DNA of 64,000 bases from Halarcobacter sp. (GTDB taxonomy: Bacteria > Campylobacterota > Campylobacteria > Campylobacterales > Arcobacteraceae), in NCBI GenBank assembly GCA_963676565.1, contig OY781089.1, forward strand, positions 2,848,001 to 2,912,000, written 5' to 3'. A program made the translations under genes and the position numbers. The notes under the pieces are model-generated. The model was not told the DNA's origin. It worked only from the letters and a program-made list of their open reading frames with translations, and did not search any database. Within the stretch, counting starts at the first letter, position 1, and each line of letters begins with the position of its first letter. This document shows positions 29,421 to 38,659 of the stretch, in pieces.

Positions 29421-30439
29421 TGAGTACTGACCCATGGGGAAATGCCTCAACAGCACAAGATCAAAAAGAATCATCAGTAAACTGGACAGATGAAGCAGCT
29501 AATGCACCCGTTGAAGAGACAAAAGATTTTGATATATTAAATCCATTTGAAGATTCTATTATTCCTTTTGATGAGTGGACAAATAATGGAATTGATTGGT
29601 TAGTTGAAAACTTTAGAGATGTTTTCTTGGCCGCTAAAGCTCCAATTGATATAGTTTTAAAGGCTATTGAATCTTTTTTACTATTTTTAAATCCATACGT
29701 AGTGATTCTATTTTTTGTACTTTTAGCTTTACAATTTTCAACTAAAAAACTAGCAGTTGGAACTCTTTTTTCATTTTTTGTGATTGGATTTATTGGAGCT
29801 TGGGAGCAATCTATGATTACCCTAGCCTTAGTTATAACAGCTGTAATATTCTCTGTAATTATTGGTCTACCCCTTGGAATTTGGAGTGCCAAAAGTGATA
29901 CAGTTGATAAAACATTAAGACCAATTCTTGATGCTATGCAAACAACGCCAGCATTTGTTTACCTAATTCCAATTGTTATGTTATTTGGTATTGGTAATGT
30001 TCCAGGTGTTATTGTAACAATTATATTTGCTCTTCCTCCATTAATTAGGCTTACAAACCTTGGTATTAGACAAGTACCTGAGGATTTAATTGAAGCTTCT
30101 AGATCTTTTGGGGCAAGCTCTAAGCAAATGCTTTGGAAAGTTCAAATTCCTGTAGCAATGCCAACTATTATGGCAGGAATCAACCAAACACTTATGCTTG
30201 CTCTTTCTATGGTTGTAATCGCTTCTATGATAGCAGTAGGAGGTCTTGGTCAAATGGTATTAAGAGGAATAGGTAGATTAGATATTGGTCTAGCGGCTGT
30301 TGGGGGATTAGGAATTGTTTTACTTGCCGTTATCTTAGATAGATTAACACAAGCAATGGGACAAAAAGATAAATCAGATAAAACTAGATGGTTCCAAAAA
30401 GGTCCAGTTGGTTTTGTTTACAATTTAATGAAAAAATAA
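29420..30439 (+). CDS. proW: Glycine betaine/proline ABC transporter permease
   Basis: [16 protein letters not shown] and EASRSFGA (EAA loop). Confidence 0.95.
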   Translation: MSTDPWGNASTAQDQKESSVNWTDEAANAPVEETKDFDILNPFEDSIIPFDEWTNNGIDWLVENFRDVFLAAKAPIDIVLKAIESFLLFLNPYVVILFFVLLALQFSTKKLAVGTLFSFFVIGFIGAWEQSMITLALVITAVIFSVIIGLPLGIWSAKSDTVDKTLRPILDAMQTTPAFVYLIPIVMLFGIGNVPGVIVTIIFALPPLIRLTNLGIRQVPEDLIEASRSFGASSKQMLWKVQIPVAMPTIMAGINQTLMLALSMVVIASMIAVGGLGQMVLRGIGRLDIGLAAVGGLGIVLLAVILDRLTQAMGQKDKSDKTRWFQKGPVGFVYNLMKK

Positions 30440-30448
30440 GGAGAGATT

Positions 30449-31423
30449 ATGAGTATTAAAAAACTTTTAGTAGGTGCTGTTGCATCAGTTGCAGCAGCTT
30501 CATCACTATTTGGGGCAAAGGTTACAGCAGTAAAAACATCAATCGCTGAAGAGGGATTTCAGATGAATATTGTTGTGGAAGTTTTGAAAAAAATGGGACA
30601 TGAAGTTGAAGTTACAAATGATGTAAGTTATGATATTGCATATCAAACTATTGCAAATAATGCTAAAAGTGATGATGTATATTTTATGGCAGCAAATTGG
30701 GATCCATTACATAAAGGGAAAATAGAAGCCCTAGGAAAAGATAAATTTTTTCAATCAGGTGAATATATCTCAGGATGTGCACAAGGTTATTTAATTGATA
30801 AAAAAACAGCTGATAAATATAATATCAAATACTACAATGATCTAAAAAAACCAGAAATTGCAAAACTGTTTGATTTAAATGGAAATGGAAAAGCTGATTT
30901 AACTGGTTGTAATGCTGGTTGGGGATGTGAAAAAGTTATTGAGCATCAATTAGATGCATTTGATATGAGAGGAGTAGTTGAACATAATCAAGGTGAATAC
31001 TCAGCACTAATTGCAGATACTATTGCAAACTATAAAACTGGTAAACCAATTCTTTACTATACATGGACTCCATACTGGGTTTCAGGTAAATTAGTTCCTG
31101 GTAAAGATGTAGTTTTCTTACAAGTTACAAAATCTGCTAGTCCAAATGGCTACTCTACAAAATTACCAAATGGTGCTGACTATGGTTTTGCTGTAAACTC
31201 TCAAAAAATTGTAGCAAATGCAACTACAGCTACTAAACACAAAGATATAGCTAAACTTTTCAATTTAATGAAACTTGATGTTAATGATGTATCAGGAGAA
31301 AATATGTTAATGGCAGATGGTCAAAATAAAGAGAAAGATATTGCTAGACATGCTAAAAAATGGCTTGAAGCAAACAAAGCTAAAGTTGATGCTTGGATTA
31401 AAGAAGCAAAAGCTGCTAAATAA
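30449..31423 (+). CDS. proX: Glycine betaine/proline ABC substrate-binding protein
   Basis: WDPLH, QGYLIDKKTA, GCNAGWGC and YYTWTPYW motifs. Confidence 0.95.
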   Translation: MSIKKLLVGAVASVAAASSLFGAKVTAVKTSIAEEGFQMNIVVEVLKKMGHEVEVTNDVSYDIAYQTIANNAKSDDVYFMAANWDPLHKGKIEALGKDKFFQSGEYISGCAQGYLIDKKTADKYNIKYYNDLKKPEIAKLFDLNGNGKADLTGCNAGWGCEKVIEHQLDAFDMRGVVEHNQGEYSALIADTIANYKTGKPILYYTWTPYWVSGKLVPGKDVVFLQVTKSASPNGYSTKLPNGADYGFAVNSQKIVANATTATKHKDIAKLFNLMKLDVNDVSGENMLMADGQNKEKDIARHAKKWLEANKAKVDAWIKEAKAAK

Positions 31424-31425
31424 TT

Positions 31426-31452
31426 AAAATAAGGGTTTATCACCCTTATTTT
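31426..31452 (+). terminator. Intrinsic terminator after proX
   Basis: AAAATAAGGGT-TTATC-ACCCTTATTTT followed by T-tract. Confidence 0.8.
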
Positions 31453-31504
31453 TAATATATTTTTTATATAATTACATACTTTATAATTTAAAAAAAGGAA
31501 ATTG

Positions 31505-31843
31505 ATGGCTTTATTAGACAATAATAAAGATGTATTACCATTAGCAAGTATTGCAGAAATTTTAAATGCAAAAATTAGAACACTTAGAATGTATGAAGAT
31601 AAGGGTCTATTACCAAAGAAAAAAGATTCAAAAAAACTTTATTCAATTAGTGATATTAAAATAGTAGCTTTTGTTCACTATTTAGCAAGTGTAAAAAAAA
31701 TAAATGCAAATGGAATAAAATATATAACTGAGATGTTAAATACTAACATGGATGAAAAAAATAGAGAAGATTTTCTTGCAACAGTTGAAGAGAAAATGGA
31801 AAAAATCTCAACCTGCGATATAAATGAAGTAGAGATTATTTAG
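31505..31843 (+). CDS. MerR-family (HspR-like) transcriptional regulator
   Basis: IAEILNAKIRTLRMYEDKGLL...LYS..DI...INANGI. Confidence 0.85.
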   Translation: MALLDNNKDVLPLASIAEILNAKIRTLRMYEDKGLLPKKKDSKKLYSISDIKIVAFVHYLASVKKINANGIKYITEMLNTNMDEKNREDFLATVEEKMEKISTCDINEVEII

Positions 31844-33389
31844 GTAAAATAATCTCAAACCTTGCCCCAAACTCACCATCCCTAACTACTAATTTACCAT
31901 TCATATTTTTATCAACAATAGTTTTAGACATATAAAGACCAATACCTGTTCCATGACTATCTTTTTTTGTAGTAAAATATGGATCAAAGATTTTACTTTT
32001 TGGTTCAACTTTTATTCCACCACCATTATCTTCAATATATAAAACTATTTTATCAATTTGATCTTCTGTATAGATTTTTATCCAAGGTGATTCTATTTCT
32101 TTTTTTATTAATACATCTTTTGCATTTGTTATTATGTTTAGTAAGACCTGTTTAAATTCATTGTAATAAGTGTTTAAAATAAGGTTGTTATCAACACAAA
32201 TAGTTATATTAATTTTATTATTTGATAAGGTACTTGACATAATAGTCATAACTGAATCCATAGCAAGTTTTAATGTAAATTTCTCTTTCTCTTTTTTAGG
32301 TAAGAAGAAATTTCTAAAATCATCTATGGTGTGAGACATATACTCTAAAACCTCTTCAGCCTCTTTTGCTTTTTTATTCATCACCTCATCATCAAGTTGA
32401 CCCATTGTATATTTAAACTTAATATTCATCAAAATAGTTGAAAGTTCTGATAATGGTTGTCTCCATTGGTGAGCAATGTTTGATATCATTTCACCTAAGG
32501 CTATAAATCTTGATTTTTGTACTAATAATTGTTCATGTTCCCTATTCTTTTCAACTTCCTCTTCAACTCTTTTTTCAAGGGTTAAATTTAAATCTCTTAA
32601 AGCTTGAGATTTTGATTGAACACTTTTTTGGTACCTTCTAAATACCTCATCGATTTTTTGAGAGATTAAAATAGAGATGAAAATTGCAATAGTTAAAAAG
32701 AGAATAAACAAAAGAATATTTTGAACAACTTGATTTTTAACTCTATTTTGAAGATGACTTTTCTTTTTTGCAATACCCTTTTCTATATCATCAACATAAA
32801 TACCAACAGCAATAACCCATTGCCATCTTGGAAAGTACTTAAAGTATGAAAGCTTTTGATTAATCTCATTAGTATAAAGCTTTGTATAGGCATATTCAGT
32901 AAAAGATTCCCCTTTTAATCTAATATCATCCATAAACTCTTCTCTAAATTTTTTACCATTTTCATCAGTATAATTAGTTGAGATTATTTTTCCAATTAAA
33001 TCTGGTCTATTTGGATTAACAAGAAGTTTAGCAAATTTATCGCCACCATTCATATCTAAAATCTCATATACAAAGATATAGTTACTTTTGTCATTGTCAA
33101 AGGAGATGTTGTTTAAAAGCCTAATCATATCAGCTTTTAGTTCAGTCTCATCCTCTTCACTTTTAGTTGAATTATATTTAATAATATCAATAATTGTATT
33201 TATCTCTTTTTTTAGATTTTGTTTTTGCATGAAGTATTGATCTTGAACAAATTTTTCCATATCAACATGAAAATCTTCGTAGGTATTTTTAACATAAAAA
33301 TATGATATTAAAAGTATCATAGAGGTCATAATAATTATAAAAACATAAATAATAATCTTTGATATATTCTTCTCAGTAATGAATCTCAA
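31836..33389 (-). CDS. Cache-domain sensor histidine kinase
   Basis: YIFVY...KLSYFKYFPRWQWVIAVGIY (Cache domain), IAHQWRQP H-box and GTGIGLY. Real start likely TTG 33389, which avoids overlap with the divergent regulator. Confidence 0.88.
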   Translation of the reverse strand: MRFITEKNISKIIIYVFIIIMTSMILLISYFYVKNTYEDFHVDMEKFVQDQYFMQKQNLKKEINTIIDIIKYNSTKSEEDETELKADMIRLLNNISFDNDKSNYIFVYEILDMNGGDKFAKLLVNPNRPDLIGKIISTNYTDENGKKFREEFMDDIRLKGESFTEYAYTKLYTNEINQKLSYFKYFPRWQWVIAVGIYVDDIEKGIAKKKSHLQNRVKNQVVQNILLFILFLTIAIFISILISQKIDEVFRRYQKSVQSKSQALRDLNLTLEKRVEEEVEKNREHEQLLVQKSRFIALGEMISNIAHQWRQPLSELSTILMNIKFKYTMGQLDDEVMNKKAKEAEEVLEYMSHTIDDFRNFFLPKKEKEKFTLKLAMDSVMTIMSSTLSNNKINITICVDNNLILNTYYNEFKQVLLNIITNAKDVLIKKEIESPWIKIYTEDQIDKIVLYIEDNGGGIKVEPKSKIFDPYFTTKKDSHGTGIGLYMSKTIVDKNMNGKLVVRDGEFGARFEIILPK

Positions 33390-33450
33390 GTCAAATTTCC
33401 CTATAAAGTAATTTTTGGTATGATACCATATCTTATATGAAAAGGCAGTT

Positions 33451-34140
33451 TTGATGGACAAAACATTAATTTCTAAACTTAGTAGTTTTTCTGTTCTATA
33501 TGTAGAAGATGAAGAGGGAATTAGAAATAATATTAATGAAATATTAAAACAACTATTTAAAAAAACTTTTGTGGCTAAAAATGCAAAAGAAGCATTTAAT
33601 ATGTATGAATCAAATAAACCAGATTTAATTATAACAGATATTAGAATGCCAAATGAAACAGGAATAGAATTAATTAAAAAAATTCGAAAAAGAGATAGTA
33701 AAGTAAGAGTTATAATCACTTCTGCTCATACTGATTTAGATTATATGCTTGAAGCAACTGAACTACATTTAGTAAAATATATTATAAAACCTATAACCGA
33801 AGGTAAACTATTTGAAGCGTTAGAAGCTTTTATTAAAAGTTATGAAACAGCTAGATTATACAATTTAAAAGATGGTTGGCTTTTTGATGAAAGTAAATCA
33901 TTGATTACGACAGAAAATGATGAATTTAAACTTACTAAAAAAGAGAATCAATTTCTAAAACTTTTAATTCAAAAAAATAGAATCATCACTTATGAAGAGA
34001 TGGAAAATATTATTTGGAGTGAAGATAATATAATGACTCCAAATGCCATGAGGCTTTTTATAAAAAATTTCAGGAAAAAACTACCTGAAAATACCCTAAG
34101 AAATATTCAAGGTACAGGCTATAGATTAGTTTTAGACTAA
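33451..34140 (+). CDS. OmpR-family response regulator
   Basis: VEDE, TDIRMP and KP motifs plus winged helix. Confidence 0.92.
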   Translation: MMDKTLISKLSSFSVLYVEDEEGIRNNINEILKQLFKKTFVAKNAKEAFNMYESNKPDLIITDIRMPNETGIELIKKIRKRDSKVRVIITSAHTDLDYMLEATELHLVKYIIKPITEGKLFEALEAFIKSYETARLYNLKDGWLFDESKSLITTENDEFKLTKKENQFLKLLIQKNRIITYEEMENIIWSEDNIMTPNAMRLFIKNFRKKLPENTLRNIQGTGYRLVLD

Positions 34141-34964
34141 CCTATTAGCTTTGTATCATTATCTATATTATTCTCTAAATCATAGCTTCTTAATTTTTCA
34201 AGTTGTATAAAGTAACTATGTCCTAGATATATTATAAAAAATACAGCTGAAAAAAGCATCAAAGATGGAATTAAAGATAAGAAATATAAAAATGCTGTTC
34301 TTAATCTAAAGGCCATCGCTTTTTTCTTATGAATAGCTTTATACTCATCTTCACTTAATATAGTTGAAGCAACATCAAAATTTAATAGTTTATGAAAGAA
34401 GTAATAAACAGGAAAGTTTATTGCAATAATATTAACCAATGGGATAAAATACAATGGGATAAAAAGTATAAATAAAAACACCATTATAAATCCACTTTTA
34501 AGTGCAACCCATAAAGGTGTAAGTAAAGAGCCAAAACCATTTATTTCTAGATGGGAATAGTGTCTTTTATGTAAAACTTTTAAAATCATTGGAGTTAAAA
34601 AACCAATAATAATAACAGTTAAAAAAACTGAAAACATCATCACAAAAATAGTCCCAACAGTATAAATTAAAAAACCAACTAACCATGAAGTAATAGAGTA
34701 CTTAAACAAAAAAGCAATTATAGAAGTCATCCAAATAAAATAAAAGGGTGCTTGTTCATCTACAATCACCTCTTGACCCGATTGAACTTGTTGAACATAA
34801 ATCTCTAAAGAATCAAATCCATATCCTGCTGCTGTGTAAAAAAACATTAACATTATAATCAAAGTAAAAAGCAATGGCAAAATTGCAATTTTTAACATAT
34901 CTTTTGTAAAAAAGTCTTTTACACTAAGCCCAATTACTTCACCTTCTAATAACTCTCTTTTCAT
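34137..34964 (-). CDS. EI24/CysZ-like membrane protein
   Basis: Multi-TM protein; IGFLTP..LH.RHY, IPLYFIP and FHKLLNFDV motifs. Confidence 0.7.
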   Translation of the reverse strand: MKRELLEGEVIGLSVKDFFTKDMLKIAILPLLFTLIIMLMFFYTAAGYGFDSLEIYVQQVQSGQEVIVDEQAPFYFIWMTSIIAFLFKYSITSWLVGFLIYTVGTIFVMMFSVFLTVIIIGFLTPMILKVLHKRHYSHLEINGFGSLLTPLWVALKSGFIMVFLFILFIPLYFIPLVNIIAINFPVYYFFHKLLNFDVASTILSEDEYKAIHKKKAMAFRLRTAFLYFLSLIPSLMLFSAVFFIIYLGHSYFIQLEKLRSYDLENNIDNDTKLIG

Positions 34965-34983
34965 TAAACTATTCCTTCATTTT

Positions 34984-35856
34984 CTAATCAAATCTTTTTC
35001 TGTAGTCACATTTTTGACAAAGTTCTTCTATTACTTCACCATTTTTAAAACCATTTTGTATATCTTTTACCTTTTTAGAAGTTAAAATATCTTTTAATCG
35101 TGTAGTATTTGTATTCCCCAAATTTACAATTCCATCTTTATCCAAACAACAAGGAACTACAGTGCCTGAACTTAATACTCCAAAATGAGAGTCTAAACCA
35201 TAACAAAAACCTTTGTTACTTACAAACTCATTATTTAAACTTGGCCAGTTAAAATAATCGTCAAAATTAAAAAATATCATTCTATCTATTTTTATATTTT
35301 TTGGCTTCTCTTTATAAATCTTTTCAATATCAATTTTGCAATTAAATTTTTCATTTACAAAATCAAATACATTTTTATTAAACTCTCTTGCACTTTGGGA
35401 CTCATCTAAATTCCAAATTCGTAAATTTATAAAAAAATGTTGTCTTTTCTCTTTTGCATATTCACAAAAATTTAAAATTGGTTCCAAATACTCTTTTAAA
35501 GTTTTTTTATGGGAATTAGCATTGTAAGAGTTAATTGAAAAATTGATTTGTCTAATTGTATCATTCATCAAGCTTTCAAAATGAGTTTCATTTAAATTAT
35601 TTGCAGTTGTAGTAATATTTACCTTTAATCTATTTTTCTTACTAATTTCTAGATATTCTTGTAAGTTTGACAAAACTAAAGGATCCCCAACAATATGGTA
35701 AGCCAATTCATTGGTTACTTCTTTTAACTGCTTATTTAAATAATCAAATTTTTCAAGACTCATAGTCTGGTTTGGTAAGTTTTTAGGTGGACAGAAACTA
35801 CATTTTAAATTACATATATTTGTAATCTCCACATGAACTTTTCTAAACTTTTTGAT
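34984..35856 (-). CDS. Radical SAM/SPASM domain protein
   Basis: CNLKCSFC; CYGL...GTVVPCCLD...CQKC. The frame extends to ATC 35856 behind an AGGA RBS. Confidence 0.88.
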   Translation of the reverse strand: MKKFRKVHVEITNICNLKCSFCPPKNLPNQTMSLEKFDYLNKQLKEVTNELAYHIVGDPLVLSNLQEYLEISKKNRLKVNITTTANNLNETHFESLMNDTIRQINFSINSYNANSHKKTLKEYLEPILNFCEYAKEKRQHFFINLRIWNLDESQSAREFNKNVFDFVNEKFNCKIDIEKIYKEKPKNIKIDRMIFFNFDDYFNWPSLNNEFVSNKGFCYGLDSHFGVLSSGTVVPCCLDKDGIVNLGNTNTTRLKDILTSKKVKDIQNGFKNGEVIEELCQKCDYRKRFD

Positions 35857-35865
35857 AATCTATTC

Positions 35866-36405
35866 CTATTTTAAAAGGTATGGAAGATCACGTTTTAAAG
35901 ACTCTAATAAATCTTCATTTAAAAAGAACTTTGCAAATTCTTGATCTTTGTTTTTATAACAAAAGCTGCAAACATACCTATTTCTTTTGATTAGTTCTAT
36001 AGTTTCTTCTAAGATTATTTGTAACTCTTCATCACCATTTTTATAATGTTTATACATAGTTTTCAAAGGTTCTTCTAAATTTGTATCTTTAAAGAATACT
36101 ACATTGTCTTCAAGTAGACCAATAACATTTTCATCATTTGATTTTATATTTAAAAAAGCTTCTTTAATATCATCCATCCTAAGGTCAAATTTATACCCTA
36201 AAAGAAGAAGCTCTTTAAAACTATTTATGTCATTTTTTTGGAAATAATATTGCAAAAGAAGTGTTAAATAATGATCTTTTACATCACTATCATAAGCTTC
36301 AATATAATCTAAAACATATTCAATGTCATCTATTTTTTGTGTTTCTAAAAGTGTTTTATGAATAATACCAACTTCTGCTATTATTTCATGTAATCTATCA
36401 CTCAT
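35866..36405 (-). CDS. Hypothetical protein
   Basis: 179-aa ORF with AAGGA RBS. Confidence 0.7.
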   Translation of the reverse strand: MSDRLHEIIAEVGIIHKTLLETQKIDDIEYVLDYIEAYDSDVKDHYLTLLLQYYFQKNDINSFKELLLLGYKFDLRMDDIKEAFLNIKSNDENVIGLLEDNVVFFKDTNLEEPLKTMYKHYKNGDEELQIILEETIELIKRNRYVCSFCYKNKDQEFAKFFLNEDLLESLKRDLPYLLK

Positions 36406-36459
36406 TTGTATCCTTAAGCTTTATAAAAATTAATTAGAAATTGGATTAATAAATCTAAG

Positions 36460-36536
36460 TGGAGCGGGAGACGAGACTCGAACTCGCGACAATCTGCTTG
36501 GAAGGCAGAGGCTCTAGCCAACTGAGCTACTCCCGC
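36460..36536 (-). tRNA. tRNA-Gly(TCC)
   Basis: GCGGGAGTAGCTCAG...CT-TCC-AA...GTTCGAGT...CTCCA cloverleaf; its own TGCTATAAT promoter lies just upstream. Confidence 0.97.
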
Positions 36537-36592
36537 TTATCAGATTGGGATTATAGCATAGATTAACTATAATTACAAAAAAGGATTAATAT

Positions 36593-37009
36593 ATGATAAA
36601 AACTCCCCATTTAAGTACTGATGGTATTATAAAATTGTATGATGAAAATGATATTTTCAAAGGAATTGTACTAATTGAAAGATTAAATGAACCCCACGGG
36701 TTAGCATTACCTGGTGGTTTTGTTGATATAGGTGAAAGTGTTGAAGACGCTTTAGTTAGAGAGATGAAAGAGGAAACAAATTTAGATGTAAATATATTAA
36801 ATCTTCAAAATATTTATTCAGATCCATCACGCGATCCAAGATTCCATACTGCATCTGCTGTTTATGTTTGTGAAGCGAAAGGAAAACCAAAAGCACAAGA
36901 TGATGCAAAAGAGGTTTTTATATATCCTATAAAAGAGATACCTTTAGAAAAATTAGTCTTTGATCATAGAAAAATTATTGAAGATTTCCAAAAAACTATT
37001 AGATGGTAG
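36593..37009 (+). CDS. NUDIX hydrolase
   Basis: GGFVDIGESVEDALVREMKEETNL Nudix box; RDPR. Confidence 0.93.
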   Translation: MIKTPHLSTDGIIKLYDENDIFKGIVLIERLNEPHGLALPGGFVDIGESVEDALVREMKEETNLDVNILNLQNIYSDPSRDPRFHTASAVYVCEAKGKPKAQDDAKEVFIYPIKEIPLEKLVFDHRKIIEDFQKTIRW

Positions 37010-37119
37010 AATAAGAGGAGTAAGGAAAAACTCCTCTGTCATCAGATATGTATGTAAACTCAGTTTAACTAAATATATACATAATCTTGTTTTTAAAGTG
37101 AGTATAAAATATACAAAGT

Positions 37120-38268
37120 TTATATTTTTAACAATTCTATTTTAAATAAAACCCCTCTATCCTCATTTTCCTCTAAAATCAATTTTCCATTAATTTTTTC
37201 AATTATCATTTTTAAAATGTATAAATTAATATCAAATTTTTTTGTTTTTAACAAATAATCTTTGTCTAAATAAACTTTGAAATTTTCAAAGTTTGAATAA
37301 GTTGAATTATCAAAATAAGATAGGGATACTTTTTCTCCATCCTCTTTTAATTCAATATTAATCTCTTTTTTGTCAATTTGTGTTTTAGAAAAAGAGTTAA
37401 AACTAACTAAAAGTAACTTAGAAAAAATTTGTTTTAAATCCTCTTCAACCATATCAATAACAATTAAATTATCCCCTGTAAAATTGATTTTGATTTTTTC
37501 TTTATCTAATTCACTTCTAAATTTAAATAAAACACTATCAAAAGTAACTTTCAAATTATGCTTTCCAATTTTTTTATCAACTTGAAAAAGGTTAGAGAAG
37601 TCTCTTAAGCCCTCTTCCACTCCATTTATTTCAGATAAAACTTTATTAAGACTTTTAGCAAAAGAATCATCTTTTTTATATTCGGATATCAACTCCATAG
37701 ATTGTAAATAAATTTTCATATTAGAAATAGGTTTTCTTAGTTCATTGGAGATTACACCAACTACATCATTCATAACTTTTAATTTTTCTTGTTGGAGAAT
37801 TTTTTCATCTTTTCTACGAATCTCTTCAATTTGTTGTGAAACTTTTTCATTTAGACTATTATTTAAAACTTTTAATTCTTTTGTTGTTCTTGACAATTTA
37901 AGATGTAATTGAACTCTTTTTAGTAAAACTTCTGGATAAAATGGTTTTACAATATAATCTACAGCTCCTAATTCAAAACCTTGAATAATATCTTTCTCAT
38001 CATCTTTAACTGTTGAAAAAATTATTGGAATATTTTTATATTTATCATTAGAAATAATCTCCTTACATGTTTCATAACCATTCATAACAGGCATAATTAC
38101 ATCTAAAAGAATCAAATCAATATCAGGATTTTTACTTATAAGTTCTAAAGCTTTTTTCCCACTTTGTGCAAAAAGCACTTTATAATCTTTTAAAATTTTC
38201 ATTGCAATTTGAAGATTTTTAGCATCATCATCAACAATTAAAATTGTTTGCAAATCATCATTTTTCAT
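37120..38268 (-). CDS. Response regulator fused to degenerate kinase-like domain
   Basis: N-terminal receiver (VDDD, LDVIMP, KPF); the H-box position reads ISNELRKP. Confidence 0.8.
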   Translation of the reverse strand: MKNDDLQTILIVDDDAKNLQIAMKILKDYKVLFAQSGKKALELISKNPDIDLILLDVIMPVMNGYETCKEIISNDKYKNIPIIFSTVKDDEKDIIQGFELGAVDYIVKPFYPEVLLKRVQLHLKLSRTTKELKVLNNSLNEKVSQQIEEIRRKDEKILQQEKLKVMNDVVGVISNELRKPISNMKIYLQSMELISEYKKDDSFAKSLNKVLSEINGVEEGLRDFSNLFQVDKKIGKHNLKVTFDSVLFKFRSELDKEKIKINFTGDNLIVIDMVEEDLKQIFSKLLLVSFNSFSKTQIDKKEINIELKEDGEKVSLSYFDNSTYSNFENFKVYLDKDYLLKTKKFDINLYILKMIIEKINGKLILEENEDRGVLFKIELLKI

Positions 38269-38659
38269 AAGTGCTTTCCTCTAAAAGTTTTAATTTTACA
38301 TAATTATTTGCTTTGGTAATTAATTCAATATTTATAAAAGGTTTAACAACATAATCAATTCCACCTACTTCATAAGCTTGCTCAATATCTTTTGTTGAAT
38401 CCTTCCCTGATAAAAAAATAATTGGAATATTTTTTGTATTATCATTACTTTTAAGTTTTTTACATACTTCAAAACCATTAATATCAGGCATCATAATATC
38501 TAATAAAATTAAATCAAAATCTTGTTCGGAAGTAAGTTTTAAAGCCATTTTCCCATCTTTAGCATAAAACATTTTATGCCCTTCATTTTTTAATATATTC
38601 ATAGCCATCTGAATATTTTTGGGCACATCATCTACTATTAAAATCTTTCCCTTAAACAC
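38258..38659 (-). CDS. Single-domain response regulator
   Basis: VDDV, LDIMMP, KPF. Confidence 0.9.
   Translation of the reverse strand: MFKGKILIVDDVPKNIQMAMNILKNEGHKMFYAKDGKMALKLTSEQDFDLILLDIMMPDINGFEVCKKLKSNDNTKNIPIIFLSGKDSTKDIEQAYEVGGIDYVVKPFINIELITKANNYVKLKLLEESTYEK

Noticed and set aside
33390..33719. N-terminal 110 aa of the 627-aa kinase ORF
   Set aside because: Antisense to the response regulator at 33451; a TTG at 33389 with an upstream purine-rich RBS gives a normal kinase.
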